Assembly: GCA_024276825.1 (NCBI GenBank)
Contig: JAJRWI010000010.1
Coordinates: forward strand, 156,535 to 220,534
Direction: 5' to 3'
Length of the DNA stretch: 64,000 nt
Source: an archaeon
GTDB taxonomy: Archaea > Asgardarchaeota > Thorarchaeia > Thorarchaeales > Thorarchaeaceae
Shown: positions 29,736 through 40,393 of the stretch, piece after piece
How the letters are laid out: each line of letters begins with the position of its first letter
Position numbering within the stretch: the stretch's first letter is position 1
Notes under the pieces: generated by a model
What the model was told of the DNA's origin: nothing
Seen by the model: only the letters and a program-made list of their open reading frames with translations
Databases searched by the model: none
Translations under genes and position numbers: made by a program

Positions 29736-30561
29736 TGGAGAGATTATCGTCCTGAGATTCTCGAGTCACATCAACACCGCTAGGTTTGAAGAATGCACTT
29801 ACAAGCTCTTCCACCAGTACACCGTCGCGTAGTAAAAGAATCCTGTCGGCCATCCTTGCCACTTCAGGATCATGTGTGACGACAAGGACAGCTCTGTTCT
29901 CCTTCTTTGCAAGATCCTTCATCAGGGCAATGATCTCGCCACCAGTCTTGTGATCGAGGTCTCCTGTCGGCTCATCACATAGGAGTACTGCAGGGTCGTT
30001 TGCCAGAGCTCGTGCCAAAGCCACTCGCGAACGCATTCCACCTGAGAGTTCATGAGGCATATGGTGAGCGCGATGGTCAACACCCACTGCTTCAAGTAAC
30101 CTCATGGCACGCTTATATCGTTCTTCGGCTCGCACCTCATCAAGGAGCATTGGTACCTGTACATTCTCAAGAGCTGTGAAGATTGGAAGCAGATGCTGAT
30201 CTTGAAATAGAACACCAATCTTATGACGCCTCATCTCAGAGAGCTCATCATCATCAAGTTTGGTGATCTCCACACCATCAACAAATATTGTTCCACTAGT
30301 TGGTTTGTCAAGACCTCCAATCAGGTTCAGCAGGGTGGTCTTGCCACTTCCAGAAGCGCCCACAATTGCGACAAAGTCGCCCTTACGTACAGTGAGGTTT
30401 GTACCTCTAAGGACTTTGATCACTCGTAAGCCATCCTGAAACTCACGGTGCACATCAATACATTGGACTGCAATATCATTTTCACTGTTCAAGGCGCTTT
30501 CTCCAATACATCGGCTCCAAAGTCTAATTAAAAAGGTTAACACTTTCAGCAAATAACGCAC
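29725..30561 (-). CDS. LolD/MacB-type ABC ATPase
   Basis: GASGSGKT, LSGG, LCDEPTGDLD, VTHD; true start probably about 20 codons inside the ORF. Confidence 0.9.
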   Translation of the reverse strand: MRYLLKVLTFLIRLWSRCIGESALNSENDIAVQCIDVHREFQDGLRVIKVLRGTNLTVRKGDFVAIVGASGSGKTTLLNLIGGLDKPTSGTIFVDGVEITKLDDDELSEMRRHKIGVLFQDQHLLPIFTALENVQVPMLLDEVRAEERYKRAMRLLEAVGVDHRAHHMPHELSGGMRSRVALARALANDPAVLLCDEPTGDLDHKTGGEIIALMKDLAKKENRAVLVVTHDPEVARMADRILLLRDGVLVEELVSAFFKPSGVDVTRESQDDNLSIEG

Positions 30562-30570
30562 TGTTTCAAT

Positions 30571-31080
30571 ATGGTGAGCATAATGAGTATATCGAGAGTG
30601 TTTGCAGTCGCAGGATATTCAAAGACTGGAAAGACAACCTTGCTTGAGAGAATAACACCACATCTAAAGGACAAGGGATATTCAGTTGCCATTATCAAGA
30701 GCACACAGGAAGATGTCGAGCCGCCAGAAGGGACAGACACAAGAAGGCATTGGGACAGTGGTGCCGACCCCGTGATTCTTTATGGACCGCAGACTACAGT
30801 GATCAGACACAAGAAGAGAATTGTCTTTGAACAACTTATAGCAAGCATTAAGGCAGACTTTATACTTGTGGAGGGGTTGAAGCATGGTAGTGTTCCGCGA
30901 GTGTTCTGCGTGGGCAATAGCAAGTCAAGACCCAAAGACATCCCTAATGGGGTCTTAGCAATTATCACATGGGATGATGTAAGCTGGGCTGATGACATAG
31001 ATATAGAGGTCATTACATCCAGTAGATTGGAGAGGATTATCGAACTGATTGAGAGTCGTGCTATGACCATCGGGGCTTAA
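30571..31080 (+). CDS. mobB: molybdopterin-guanine dinucleotide biosynthesis protein MobB
   Basis: GYSKTGKTTL, GTDT.RH..SGA, DFILVEG.K. Confidence 0.85.
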   Translation: MVSIMSISRVFAVAGYSKTGKTTLLERITPHLKDKGYSVAIIKSTQEDVEPPEGTDTRRHWDSGADPVILYGPQTTVIRHKKRIVFEQLIASIKADFILVEGLKHGSVPRVFCVGNSKSRPKDIPNGVLAIITWDDVSWADDIDIEVITSSRLERIIELIESRAMTIGA

Positions 31081-31130
31081 ATCTATGATTATCAAGTGAA
31101 AAATTACTGCTTGCAAGACAAAGTATAACA

Positions 31131-33164
31131 ATGAATCTAACTCGGTTTTTCCCCATGAGAAAGGGTCGCAATTACAAATTTTGTTCATTACTAATAATCA
31201 TGTGGCTAGTGTTCATTCCAATTCAATATACTGTAGACCCTTTGATTCCAGACAAACATGCATCTCTCAATGACCACTCACGAACAGTTGCAGACACCTT
31301 CTCAGTAGAGACCATGTGGGATAACATCTTTGCCAGCGTGAGTAAGGCAAATATCATCAACATAGTACAGACCTTATCAGAGGACTACCCGCAGAGAGTA
31401 TGGTATCCCTTGGATAAAGCACCTTCAGCCCCATTGGAAGGCGCATGGGAGTATGTTAATGATACTATCTCATCATTCACATCAGGGGACCTTCATTTCA
31501 ATCTGATGACAGAACAACTCAATCTGGTGGCAATCAAGAATGGCACTGATCACAGTAGAGCGCCCATAATCATTGCAGGCACAATATCATCGAAATATTC
31601 ACCAGGTGCTAATGCATATGCAGTTTCTGCCGCTGCGGTTCTAGAAGTTGCAAGAATAATGCATTCAATGAGTCTAACAAATGATGTATATTATGTGCTG
31701 GTGAACACTATCACGTCTGGTGGCTATTCAAGCCCCGACCGTGGGAACATTGGTATAGAAGTACTATTAAAAAATTTGGAAACCCAAGGTCGTGAGCCAG
31801 CTATTCTCATATGGTTCTCAAGACTTCTCTACCATTCAACTGATGTTAATGGTGACAAGATCCTTGCAAGTGCTGGATATGTTGATACTACTTATGACAA
31901 GCCAGAGTTCTTGACTGACCTTGTCAAGATGGCATCCTCATTATCAGGATCATCCATGACACTGACAACGGGAATACCCGGAATTCAATGGTTGCGCTCG
32001 GGATGTTATGAGGCGTGGGACAGAGATATCTCAGGAGTATGTCTGAGCCAATACTACTATTATGATGGAAGCAGTAGTTCTGAGGATGATAGCTGGGACA
32101 ACTGGAGATGGGACTATGATCTGCCTGTCGAGGCGGTTGGAGTTGCAGCATCGCTAGTGGCATATCTTGGTAGCCTTGGAAAGGGGGCATCTCCAGAATT
32201 CTTCAAGTCTGGAACAGTCGAACCTGGTAGTCCCTTTAGAATGGACATGCCACTCACAGGCAATTCATTTGTGAATGTTTCAGTCACATGGAGCAGTAAT
32301 GATACAATTTATGCACGAATTGAGAACCCTTACAATATTACTGTGTATTCAAGAACAGAGGATGATGGGGAGATCAATCTAGATTATTTGATCGCTCGTC
32401 CCGGGAGGTTTCATGTAATAATTGAAACCCTTGGTAACACATCGGTGGCAGTATCATTGTCTTATACCCACTGGCAGGATTTTGATGGCGACACATTGAA
32501 TGACTATAGTGAGTTCATCTATGGAACCAATGCACTATCTCCAGACACGGATATGGACCTTCTAAATGACCCTGATGAGATTACTCACGGAACAGAACCA
32601 ACCAATGCAGATACTGACAATGATGGTGCACTTGATGGAATTGAAGTGATTTTTGGGGCCAACCCACTCATTATGGATACTGACAATGACACGCTCCTCG
32701 ATGGTTTCGAGATTGATTATGGACTTGATCCCACAAGCTCGGACAGCGATTCGGACAACATCAACGACGCTGAAGAGATCTCCTTGGGGCTCAACCCATT
32801 GAGCAATGACACTGATCAGGATGGACTTGAAGACTGGGCAGAGCTAATGGCGGGAACAAATGCTACCAATCCAGATACGGATGGAGACGGATTAAGTGAC
32901 CTCTTTGAGGTCTTGAATGGGCTCAATCCATTGTTGGTCGACACTGATAATGATACTCTATCTGATCTGTATGAGGTTGAAAATGGGCTCTTGCCATTTG
33001 ATCCTGACAGCGACCATGATTCAATTCCAGATTCCGAGGACTGGGCCCCCAAAGAGCATTGGATATCCATAATGCCGACAGTTTTACTGGGTACAGTTTC
33101 AGCGGGACTGGTCATATGGCTACTGATGAAAAGGCGAGAATATTATAGAGGGGGATTGCAGTGA
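31131..33164 (+). CDS. type I membrane protein: degenerate M28 peptidase-like domain, beta domain, TSP3-like Ca-binding repeats
   Basis: SPGANA..SAAAVLEVARI; about 10 D-x-D-x-D-x-L-x-D-x-x-E repeats; C-terminal TM plus KRR. Confidence 0.75.
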   Translation: MNLTRFFPMRKGRNYKFCSLLIIMWLVFIPIQYTVDPLIPDKHASLNDHSRTVADTFSVETMWDNIFASVSKANIINIVQTLSEDYPQRVWYPLDKAPSAPLEGAWEYVNDTISSFTSGDLHFNLMTEQLNLVAIKNGTDHSRAPIIIAGTISSKYSPGANAYAVSAAAVLEVARIMHSMSLTNDVYYVLVNTITSGGYSSPDRGNIGIEVLLKNLETQGREPAILIWFSRLLYHSTDVNGDKILASAGYVDTTYDKPEFLTDLVKMASSLSGSSMTLTTGIPGIQWLRSGCYEAWDRDISGVCLSQYYYYDGSSSSEDDSWDNWRWDYDLPVEAVGVAASLVAYLGSLGKGASPEFFKSGTVEPGSPFRMDMPLTGNSFVNVSVTWSSNDTIYARIENPYNITVYSRTEDDGEINLDYLIARPGRFHVIIETLGNTSVAVSLSYTHWQDFDGDTLNDYSEFIYGTNALSPDTDMDLLNDPDEITHGTEPTNADTDNDGALDGIEVIFGANPLIMDTDNDTLLDGFEIDYGLDPTSSDSDSDNINDAEEISLGLNPLSNDTDQDGLEDWAELMAGTNATNPDTDGDGLSDLFEVLNGLNPLLVDTDNDTLSDLYEVENGLLPFDPDSDHDSIPDSEDWAPKEHWISIMPTVLLGTVSAGLVIWLLMKRREYYRGGLQ

Positions 33165-35170
33165 AAGGCATTGGAGAGTTGACACGTAGTATTTTTGGAA
33201 TGACAATAATAGTGGTTATTCTCTTTGGAATGATCCCAATTCAGAAAACGGTTGATGGGGAAGTGGTTCAACTGGTGTTGGACAGGCCCACTCATTTTCT
33301 CTCTGATGATTCACAGATGAATGTGACAGAACTGTGGGACAAAGCTTGGAATGCTGTGTCCAAAAACAATGTTGTGAGTTATACCAAAATACTGTCCACT
33401 AATTATGCAAATAGAACATGGAGTCTTGAGTTCATGAATGCATCCTCAGCACTACTGGGAGCATGGACATGGGCAAATACCACTCTGAAACACTCAACTA
33501 ATGAGGAGATTGTATTTCATCCAGTCACTGCGTTTCAGCATCTCTTAGCAATTAAGAGGGGAGTAGTCGTAGGACCAAGGCCTGTTCTTGTGATATCGGG
33601 GACCATTGACAGTGGCTATTCGCCGGGAGCAAATGATGCTGCCGTATCAACAGCAGCGGTTCTGGAGATGGCCAGAGTCCTGAACAATTATACATTCACA
33701 TTCGATATCTATTTTCTTCTACTTAATGGAAGGCATAGTGACCCTGAGATAAACTATGGGGCCCGAGCATTCATAGAATGGCTAGATGAGAACAATATCA
33801 ACACATTCATGACACTTGACTTTGACAGACTTCTATATCATAGATCAGATGTTGTCTATGGGACAATGGTCAGCTTAAGGACAAACACTGAACTTGGTTC
33901 ATATCAAAGGACCGAGTGGTTCGTTGATCTCATCAAACGTGCCTCACTCACAGAGAGCTCTGGTAATATTCAGCAGCTTCATGGGCTGGAGGTGATTCGA
34001 AGGACCTATGCTTATGAGATGTGGAGAGCGGGGAGGCCAGCAGTACACATCTCACAGGGATTCTATGTGGATTCTCATAGCAACTCCGAAGATGATACTT
34101 GGGACAATTCAGACTGGAACTTTGACAAGGCAACAAGTGCAATTGCTGCTACTGCATGTGCAGTTGTCTATGTAGGAGCGTTAGGAGATGGAAGTCCTGC
34201 ATCGTTTTACGCGAGTAGGACACTTCAGCCCACCAACAGTTCATCATTCGGGTTCATTCTAACGTTGACAGGTTATGTCAATACATCAATAACTTGGAAC
34301 GGAAACACCACCCTTCAGGCTCAGATGTATGACATGGACACCTCAGAAATTGTATATCAGAGAACCGAGGATGATGGGTTAATCACCATGAAGTATCTGG
34401 CCAAGAAAGTCGGTTCATATGGAGTGGTTGTCACTAATGTTGGATCAAACACGACATGGGTCAAAATGAACACTACAATAATCAATGACTGCGATGGCGA
34501 CACCCTGACAGATCATTTCGAACTGACTCATGGCACAAACATATACCTTGTCGATTCAGACCTTGATGGTTTGAGTGATGATCTGGAGTTTAAGATAGGA
34601 AGTGATCCGAACAATGGAGACTCCGATAATGACGGGGCCTTGGACCTTGATGAGTATACATGGGGAGCAAGCCTGACTTCAAATGACACCGATTCTGATG
34701 GCATCTTAGATGGATATGAGGCGTCAATTGGAACGGACCCAACTGACCCCGACACTGATTCTGATGGCATTAATGATTACGATGAGGTCTTTGTATACAA
34801 TACAAATCCACTAAGTAGCGACACCGACCTAGATGGTCTTGAGGATGCATTTGAGATTGAGTCAGGGCTGAACCCACTATCACCCGACACTGATAATGAC
34901 AGTCTTAGTGACCTGTTTGAGGTGCTCAACCAGCTTAACCCGCTATCAAGCGATACTGATGGGGATGGCTGGTCAGATGCATATGAGGTGGAGTTCTGCA
35001 TGTCCCCCACCAGTCCAGATACAGATAATGATGGCATCCCAGATGGCATTGATTGGGACCCACAAGAACATTGGGTTTCAATGGTGGCCCCCATAGTATT
35101 GATCACCATAATCATGCTGATGGTGATATTCAGTGCAATGAAATACGACCTCTACCGTAAGACCAAATAG
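33161..35170 (+). CDS. paralogous M28-like/TSP3-repeat type I membrane protein
   Basis: SPGANDAAVSTAAVLEMARVL; about 10 DTDxDGxxDxxE repeats; C-terminal TM. Confidence 0.75.
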   Translation: MKGIGELTRSIFGMTIIVVILFGMIPIQKTVDGEVVQLVLDRPTHFLSDDSQMNVTELWDKAWNAVSKNNVVSYTKILSTNYANRTWSLEFMNASSALLGAWTWANTTLKHSTNEEIVFHPVTAFQHLLAIKRGVVVGPRPVLVISGTIDSGYSPGANDAAVSTAAVLEMARVLNNYTFTFDIYFLLLNGRHSDPEINYGARAFIEWLDENNINTFMTLDFDRLLYHRSDVVYGTMVSLRTNTELGSYQRTEWFVDLIKRASLTESSGNIQQLHGLEVIRRTYAYEMWRAGRPAVHISQGFYVDSHSNSEDDTWDNSDWNFDKATSAIAATACAVVYVGALGDGSPASFYASRTLQPTNSSSFGFILTLTGYVNTSITWNGNTTLQAQMYDMDTSEIVYQRTEDDGLITMKYLAKKVGSYGVVVTNVGSNTTWVKMNTTIINDCDGDTLTDHFELTHGTNIYLVDSDLDGLSDDLEFKIGSDPNNGDSDNDGALDLDEYTWGASLTSNDTDSDGILDGYEASIGTDPTDPDTDSDGINDYDEVFVYNTNPLSSDTDLDGLEDAFEIESGLNPLSPDTDNDSLSDLFEVLNQLNPLSSDTDGDGWSDAYEVEFCMSPTSPDTDNDGIPDGIDWDPQEHWVSMVAPIVLITIIMLMVIFSAMKYDLYRKTK

Positions 35171-35214
35171 CATCAGAATTGAGTTAGAGTGAATATCACT
35201 GAGCAAGTCTTTAT

Positions 35215-36060
35215 GTGATTGAGATGAGAAGAATAGCTGTGAGAGACTTCAGTCTTGAAACCACAATGAACTGCGGTCAGACATTTTGCTGGATTAGAGA
35301 TGGAGAGGGCTATGTCAATCCTGATGTTGATGGTGCAATCTATGTAGAACAGAAAGGAAACGCCCTCTATTACGAAACCTCAAATAATAACATAGACCTC
35401 AGGCAATTGTTGGGACTTGAAGACCCAATACGAACAATTCAACAAGAGGTGAATAAGGACACCTTCATGAGTGAGTGTATGAAGTTCGCGGATGGTCTAC
35501 GAGTTGTTAGAGACCCATTTTTTGGGTGTCTAGTTTCATTCCTGTGCTCAGTGAGGAATAGTATCCCCAACATCAAGCGACTCACCCAACGAATCAGGGA
35601 GAGATTTGGCCCCAGAATCAGACTGGGAGGTAAGACATATTTTGGGATGCCAAGTCCAAAGACTCTAGCAGAAACGAGGCCACAAGACCTTAAAGAATTG
35701 GGACTTGCATGGCGTAGCGAGTTTGTTATCAAATCAGCCAAGGCAATTGCATCTGAAGAGATTGATGAGAACGAATTAAGGAAGATGAGCTATGAAGAAG
35801 CACATGATGCATTGAAGTTCTTGTATGGGGTTGGAAACAAAGTAGCCGATTGTGTCTGTCTATTCTCTCTGGGATTTTTGGAAGCATTTCCAATAGATAT
35901 CTGGATTGAGAGAGTGATTAAGAAGCATTATAGCATATTTACACAAACAGGCAATTCATACAGGAATAAGTCAAGGGCTGCCCGCGAGTACTTTGGTAGA
36001 TACGCAGGCTATGCTCAAGAATACCTCTATTACTACACAAGGACTAGGAAGATAATCTGA
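35215..36060 (+). CDS. ogg: 8-oxoguanine DNA glycosylase (OGG1-type HhH-GPD)
   Basis: T.NCGQTF.W, HhH LYGVGNKVADCVCLF, AFPIDIW, GRYAGYAQEYLY. Confidence 0.88.
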   Translation: MIEMRRIAVRDFSLETTMNCGQTFCWIRDGEGYVNPDVDGAIYVEQKGNALYYETSNNNIDLRQLLGLEDPIRTIQQEVNKDTFMSECMKFADGLRVVRDPFFGCLVSFLCSVRNSIPNIKRLTQRIRERFGPRIRLGGKTYFGMPSPKTLAETRPQDLKELGLAWRSEFVIKSAKAIASEEIDENELRKMSYEEAHDALKFLYGVGNKVADCVCLFSLGFLEAFPIDIWIERVIKKHYSIFTQTGNSYRNKSRAAREYFGRYAGYAQEYLYYYTRTRKII

Positions 36061-36067
36061 CAGTTTG

Positions 36068-37234
36068 CTATCTAACTCTTAGACGTTGGCGTTTCTTCCG
36101 TTTGGCGGCATACCATGAGTGATTCATGATGTTGTGCTCAATCTCCCATTTGCGCGTTTCATAGAAGCTCAATGGATGCATGACATATTCACACAGCGGA
36201 TCAAAGACCTCGCCCTGATACACGGGGCATAGCAGGTTTCTCTGCATCCATGTGCAAGATGGTGCTTCATAGTCCTTTGTTGCAATATGCTCGATTTGAT
36301 ACTTTGCAATCTTTCCGCCCTTCACACCATAATCGGAGGAGTGACTGAATACTGCCAGCACTTGGTCCTCATTCATTCCAATCTTTAGGAGAAATGCTGC
36401 AAGTGCGAAGTTTGCGGAATGGGCAAGACTCTTCCCACTTCGTTTCTCATCATGAAGTTGAGCGATGCAGGGTGGCAAGGCTGTCGAATACTCTGCGGAG
36501 AACTCAACAGGACTTGTCTGTCTGATGCTCTCATGAAGTTCTGACTCTATTCGCTGTACTGCCTCTGCAAGGCGTTCGGGCAGCTCAGGGACATCAAATG
36601 ATGAGTCTATTATCAGCTGTTTGAACTTTCCAGAGGCCAGCCTTGTGAGTTCAGAACGAGTGACATAGACGAGGCCCGACTCAACATATCTGTTGATCAA
36701 TTTCCATTCAGAACTACGAAAACTGGGAGCAACATCCAGATAATTCGTAAACAGTATCCTAAAGTCAAAGCGTTGCAGATATTCAGGGAGGTTCACTCTC
36801 TGCGTTGGTCCCCCCATGAATTGAATGTTCCAGTTGAAACTCTGCTCACAGAGGTTCATGAGAAACTCGTTGCTCTCTTCACCGAGATGTCTGTTGACAG
36901 CCTTTGATTCGGCCTCTGCCTGATATTCTCTGAGTCGGATGGCTGCCTTTCCGGGCAGCTGACCACATATCTTCTCAACTATCAGTCTGGCAGTGGGATA
37001 GACTAATACATCCTTTTCATCACCAGTATCAGGCAATCTTATTGATGATCGTTCCAGAGCCGCAATGACTCTTGCTTCAGCCTCATTCACAACAAACTCG
37101 TTCATGTCATCTGAGAGTATCTCCAGTAGGGCAGGAATATCTCGAGCCAAGCGACTTGAGGCCTCACGTGCCTCAACCGAGAAGGGATATTTGAGAAGCT
37201 GAACTCTTGACACCACGATGGCCGCATCCAACAT
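36068..37234 (-). CDS. priL: DNA primase large subunit
   Basis: KYPF, WKLINRYVESGLVY, LPPCI, YQIEHI, PSC..M...LCP...C..HPL.FY (Fe-S cysteines). Confidence 0.9.
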   Translation of the reverse strand: MLDAAIVVSRVQLLKYPFSVEAREASSRLARDIPALLEILSDDMNEFVVNEAEARVIAALERSSIRLPDTGDEKDVLVYPTARLIVEKICGQLPGKAAIRLREYQAEAESKAVNRHLGEESNEFLMNLCEQSFNWNIQFMGGPTQRVNLPEYLQRFDFRILFTNYLDVAPSFRSSEWKLINRYVESGLVYVTRSELTRLASGKFKQLIIDSSFDVPELPERLAEAVQRIESELHESIRQTSPVEFSAEYSTALPPCIAQLHDEKRSGKSLAHSANFALAAFLLKIGMNEDQVLAVFSHSSDYGVKGGKIAKYQIEHIATKDYEAPSCTWMQRNLLCPVYQGEVFDPLCEYVMHPLSFYETRKWEIEHNIMNHSWYAAKRKKRQRLRVR

Positions 37235-37273
37235 CCAGTCTTACGAGATCATGATATTAATGCAACGCAAGAG

Positions 37274-38152
37274 TCAGAATGTGGGCCGCATGTCATCAAC
37301 ATCTCTCTCATAGAATCGCTTTCCGCAGGCCTTGCATTCAAATATCTGAACACCTTGTGAGAGTGCCCATTCATTCAACACTCTTACAACTCTAGTGCTA
37401 CCACATTTTGGGCATTCAAGTGAGACCTTTTCAATCCATGGGGTTGATTTCTCACTTCTTCTCGCTTTTGAAGTGCCAAGAATGTCAAGTGGATCTTCAG
37501 GCTTAACACCCACAATCAGGGCGCGCGTGCTGTCAATCATGGTAGAACGAACTCTTGTAAAGCCGCTGCGCCTTAACGCAGTTTCAATATCCGATCGCGA
37601 GTTCTTGCACATATGGGGATATCGCCTGCGTGCAGACTCCTCACTCATTCCTGATGCGGTCATCAGTCTGATGAAGGCATCCTCATCGCCAGAAACAAAA
37701 TCATAGATGGCATATATTCCATTTTCGCGGATGACCTTAAAGACCTGAGCTGAATGCGATAGCATGTCAGCAACCTCGTGAAGCACGAAACCCGAGAAGG
37801 CAAGATCAATTGAGTTGCGTTTCAAAGGAAGTGATTCCTTATCAAAATCAATATGCTTCAGTTCAAACGCGCCGGATCCAACTCGTTCGGCTAGAAACGT
37901 TGATGCAACCTGAAGCATCTCCCTGCTGGCATCTATTCCGTAAATTATCTTGGGACTGAACTTATGTGCTGCATCAACCAAGAATAGTCCAGGCCCACAT
38001 CCAAAATCCGCTATTGACTCGCGAGAGTTCTCACCCACAAGTCTGATGAATGAGTCCCAAAACGATGAGTCGTAGCGCTTTTTGTACAAATCAATTAAAT
38101 GCTGTATCCGTTCTGGGTCAGTCCAGTCAGCTTTTGCAAAGCGGTGTGCCAT
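37274..38152 (-). CDS. class I SAM methyltransferase with C-terminal zinc ribbon
   Basis: ADFGCGPG, GIDAS, VLHEV; tail CPKCGS...CKACG. Confidence 0.82.
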   Translation of the reverse strand: MAHRFAKADWTDPERIQHLIDLYKKRYDSSFWDSFIRLVGENSRESIADFGCGPGLFLVDAAHKFSPKIIYGIDASREMLQVASTFLAERVGSGAFELKHIDFDKESLPLKRNSIDLAFSGFVLHEVADMLSHSAQVFKVIRENGIYAIYDFVSGDEDAFIRLMTASGMSEESARRRYPHMCKNSRSDIETALRRSGFTRVRSTMIDSTRALIVGVKPEDPLDILGTSKARRSEKSTPWIEKVSLECPKCGSTRVVRVLNEWALSQGVQIFECKACGKRFYERDVDDMRPTF

Positions 38153-38177
38153 TTGACAATCATCCCAGAGGTGGAGA

Positions 38178-38714
38178 CTATTTTCCTCCCAATAGGAGGT
38201 CAGCACGAATCAGCATATTTAGCAGTTCAGTGAAACTCTGTCGTTGGATCTCAGGGTCACTGTATAGCCGCTTCAGCTCGGTCCTTCGATCTTCCAAGGA
38301 GAGGTTTTTCTCATTCATGATCTTGTACGCCGCGTTGGGACGTTCAACCCATCTACAAAGTTCAAGAAGTTCAGAACTTAGGAACAGAACAACAGGGGTC
38401 TTGCGTTTACCGTTGACTCGATAGTTCTTATGAAGACCCGCATTCGTGTCACTATCAATGATACGTAACTCAACATTCGGTGACAGGGATGCCATTCTTG
38501 CAAGGATAGGAACAATGCCCGCTGTGTCATTACATCTGTCTGTTCCAATCACCAATATCTTCACTTGATTTTGGATGCTACGGATAGATTCTTCCTCAGA
38601 CTCATTCAACATCAAGTCGTTGAACCGCGCCTTCATAAGTTCGATGTTCTCACGAGCGGTTTCAAGGAACTCATCAAACCCAACGGCGCTATCCCAAGCT
38701 GTAACCTCTGACAT
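38178..38714 (-). CDS. thioredoxin-family protein (single-Cys variant)
   Basis: GTDRCNDT..VP.L, NGKRKTP, WVERP. Confidence 0.75.
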   Translation of the reverse strand: MSEVTAWDSAVGFDEFLETARENIELMKARFNDLMLNESEEESIRSIQNQVKILVIGTDRCNDTAGIVPILARMASLSPNVELRIIDSDTNAGLHKNYRVNGKRKTPVVLFLSSELLELCRWVERPNAAYKIMNEKNLSLEDRRTELKRLYSDPEIQRQSFTELLNMLIRADLLLGGK

Positions 38715-38854
38715 TATCATCACTTCGAACTTAAAGAACTCGTTTAGAAACATGTTGTATATAATTTGTAAAAATAAAAGGATTGCTTGCAAGGCATTCA
38801 GATTACTTTCGGCAATCTGTTCAGCTTTTATATTAAATCCCTGTATATTATGTC

Positions 38855-39178
38855 ATGATCTCATATTGTGGCATTAACTGCAATGAGTGCCCTGCTTATC
38901 GGGCGTATGTCAATGACGATGAAGAACTCCGCATTGAAACTGCCAAGAGATGGAACTCTCCAGATTATCCTGTTGACCCAGATGATGTGTTCTGCACAGG
39001 ATGCAGGTCAAACAAGGAGCCGCATTTCAAATGGTGCGGTGATTGCCCCATCCGCGCGTGTGGAAGTGAGCGCTCTGTTGAAACCTGTGCACACTGCGAC
39101 CAGTTCCCATGCGATAGGGTTGAGGCTGCAGGCAAGGAGAATCTGGACAGACTTATGGAGATCAAGAAGTCATTATAA
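38855..39178 (+). CDS. DUF3795 Cys-rich protein
   Basis: YCGINCNECP, CTGC, C.IRAC, CAHC.QFPC. Confidence 0.85.
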   Translation: MISYCGINCNECPAYRAYVNDDEELRIETAKRWNSPDYPVDPDDVFCTGCRSNKEPHFKWCGDCPIRACGSERSVETCAHCDQFPCDRVEAAGKENLDRLMEIKKSL

Positions 39179-39195
39179 TTGTAAGGTGCAAGTCA

Positions 39196-40335
39196 ATGAG
39201 GCGTTCAGGTGTTGCCGATCTAAAGCTCCACCCTGGCAGAGCGCCCCATTGGTTGGTCAAACGAATGATGCCTATGGCCAGCGCAATCTGTGAGTTTATA
39301 GTGATGGAGTATGACACCACTGAACTCCTCAAACGACTTGCCGATCCGGTCTGGTTTCAAGCATTGTCCAATGTGCTTGGATATGACTGGGACAGCTCGG
39401 GTTCCACCACAGTCACCTGTGGTGTCCTAAAGTCAGTATTGAACTTTGAAAAGCACAACATGGTGGCAGTAGGGGGGAAAGGACTGGCCTCCAGAAAGGT
39501 CCCAGATCAGTTGAGGGCGTTAGAGGATTTTGGGCTTGATGGCACGAGATTAGGGAGTGTCAGCAGAATGGTCGCTAAGGTCGATAATGCAGCCATTCAG
39601 GACAATTACAGCCTCTATCAGCACGTGTTCTTTGTTGACGAGAGCGAACATTGGACGGTTGTTCAACAGGGAATGGACTCCAAGGCTGGTGATGCGAGGA
39701 GATACCATTGGACATCATTTGAGTTTAAGAACTTCATCGAGGAGCCACATTCAGGAATGATCTCTGGAGTTGTGAGAGACTCGGCCCTTGATCTGACAGC
39801 AAGTATTTCAGAGGAATGTCGGAAGACCACTCTTGATATTGTTTCAGAAGAGCCAAGAAGAGTCAGACGATATTTTGAGGACATCAAAGCATATGGACAG
39901 AATACGCTGATTCAGTGGCTGGACGAGTTTGCACCAATACAGATTCCTTCATACAAGGTGATTCCAAATCGAATGAACTGGCGCGCTGTGAGAACGGCTT
40001 ATGAAATTCAACCAAACAACTATGAACAACTGCTTGCAATAGAGGGAATCGGTCCTGCAACTCTACGAGGACTCTCTCTTGTGGCAGACCTGATCTTTGG
40101 CTCCGAGCCCTCATGGTCGGATCCTGTACGAATGACCTTCGCCTTTGGAGGGAAGGATGGCGTGCCTTTTCCAGTTCCAAGAAAGGAATACGATGAGGCA
40201 ATAGCCTTCATGGAAATCGCTCTTAATGATGCAAAACTTGGAAGAAGGGACAGAGTAGTTGGGTTGAAACGTCTGCGAAGATTTGCCCCACCAATTCTTG
40301 TCCAGAAGGACGAAGTAGAGTGTCAAGCGAGTTGA
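39196..40335 (+). CDS. DUF763 protein
   Basis: GVADLKLH.G.AP.WL, DWDSSGSTT, GGKG, VVQQGM, RRYHW, FAFGGKDGVPFPV. Confidence 0.9.
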   Translation: MRRSGVADLKLHPGRAPHWLVKRMMPMASAICEFIVMEYDTTELLKRLADPVWFQALSNVLGYDWDSSGSTTVTCGVLKSVLNFEKHNMVAVGGKGLASRKVPDQLRALEDFGLDGTRLGSVSRMVAKVDNAAIQDNYSLYQHVFFVDESEHWTVVQQGMDSKAGDARRYHWTSFEFKNFIEEPHSGMISGVVRDSALDLTASISEECRKTTLDIVSEEPRRVRRYFEDIKAYGQNTLIQWLDEFAPIQIPSYKVIPNRMNWRAVRTAYEIQPNNYEQLLAIEGIGPATLRGLSLVADLIFGSEPSWSDPVRMTFAFGGKDGVPFPVPRKEYDEAIAFMEIALNDAKLGRRDRVVGLKRLRRFAPPILVQKDEVECQAS

Positions 40336-40393
40336 TGCACCGTTTAATGAGGTGACCGAATGACCAATATGCAGATTGGCATTATTGTAATTT

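Noticed and set aside
32470-35060. Repetitive DNA that could be mistaken for a CRISPR-like array
   Set aside because: The repeats are degenerate at nucleotide level, in frame, and encode DxDxDG calcium-binding units. No cas genes are in the window.
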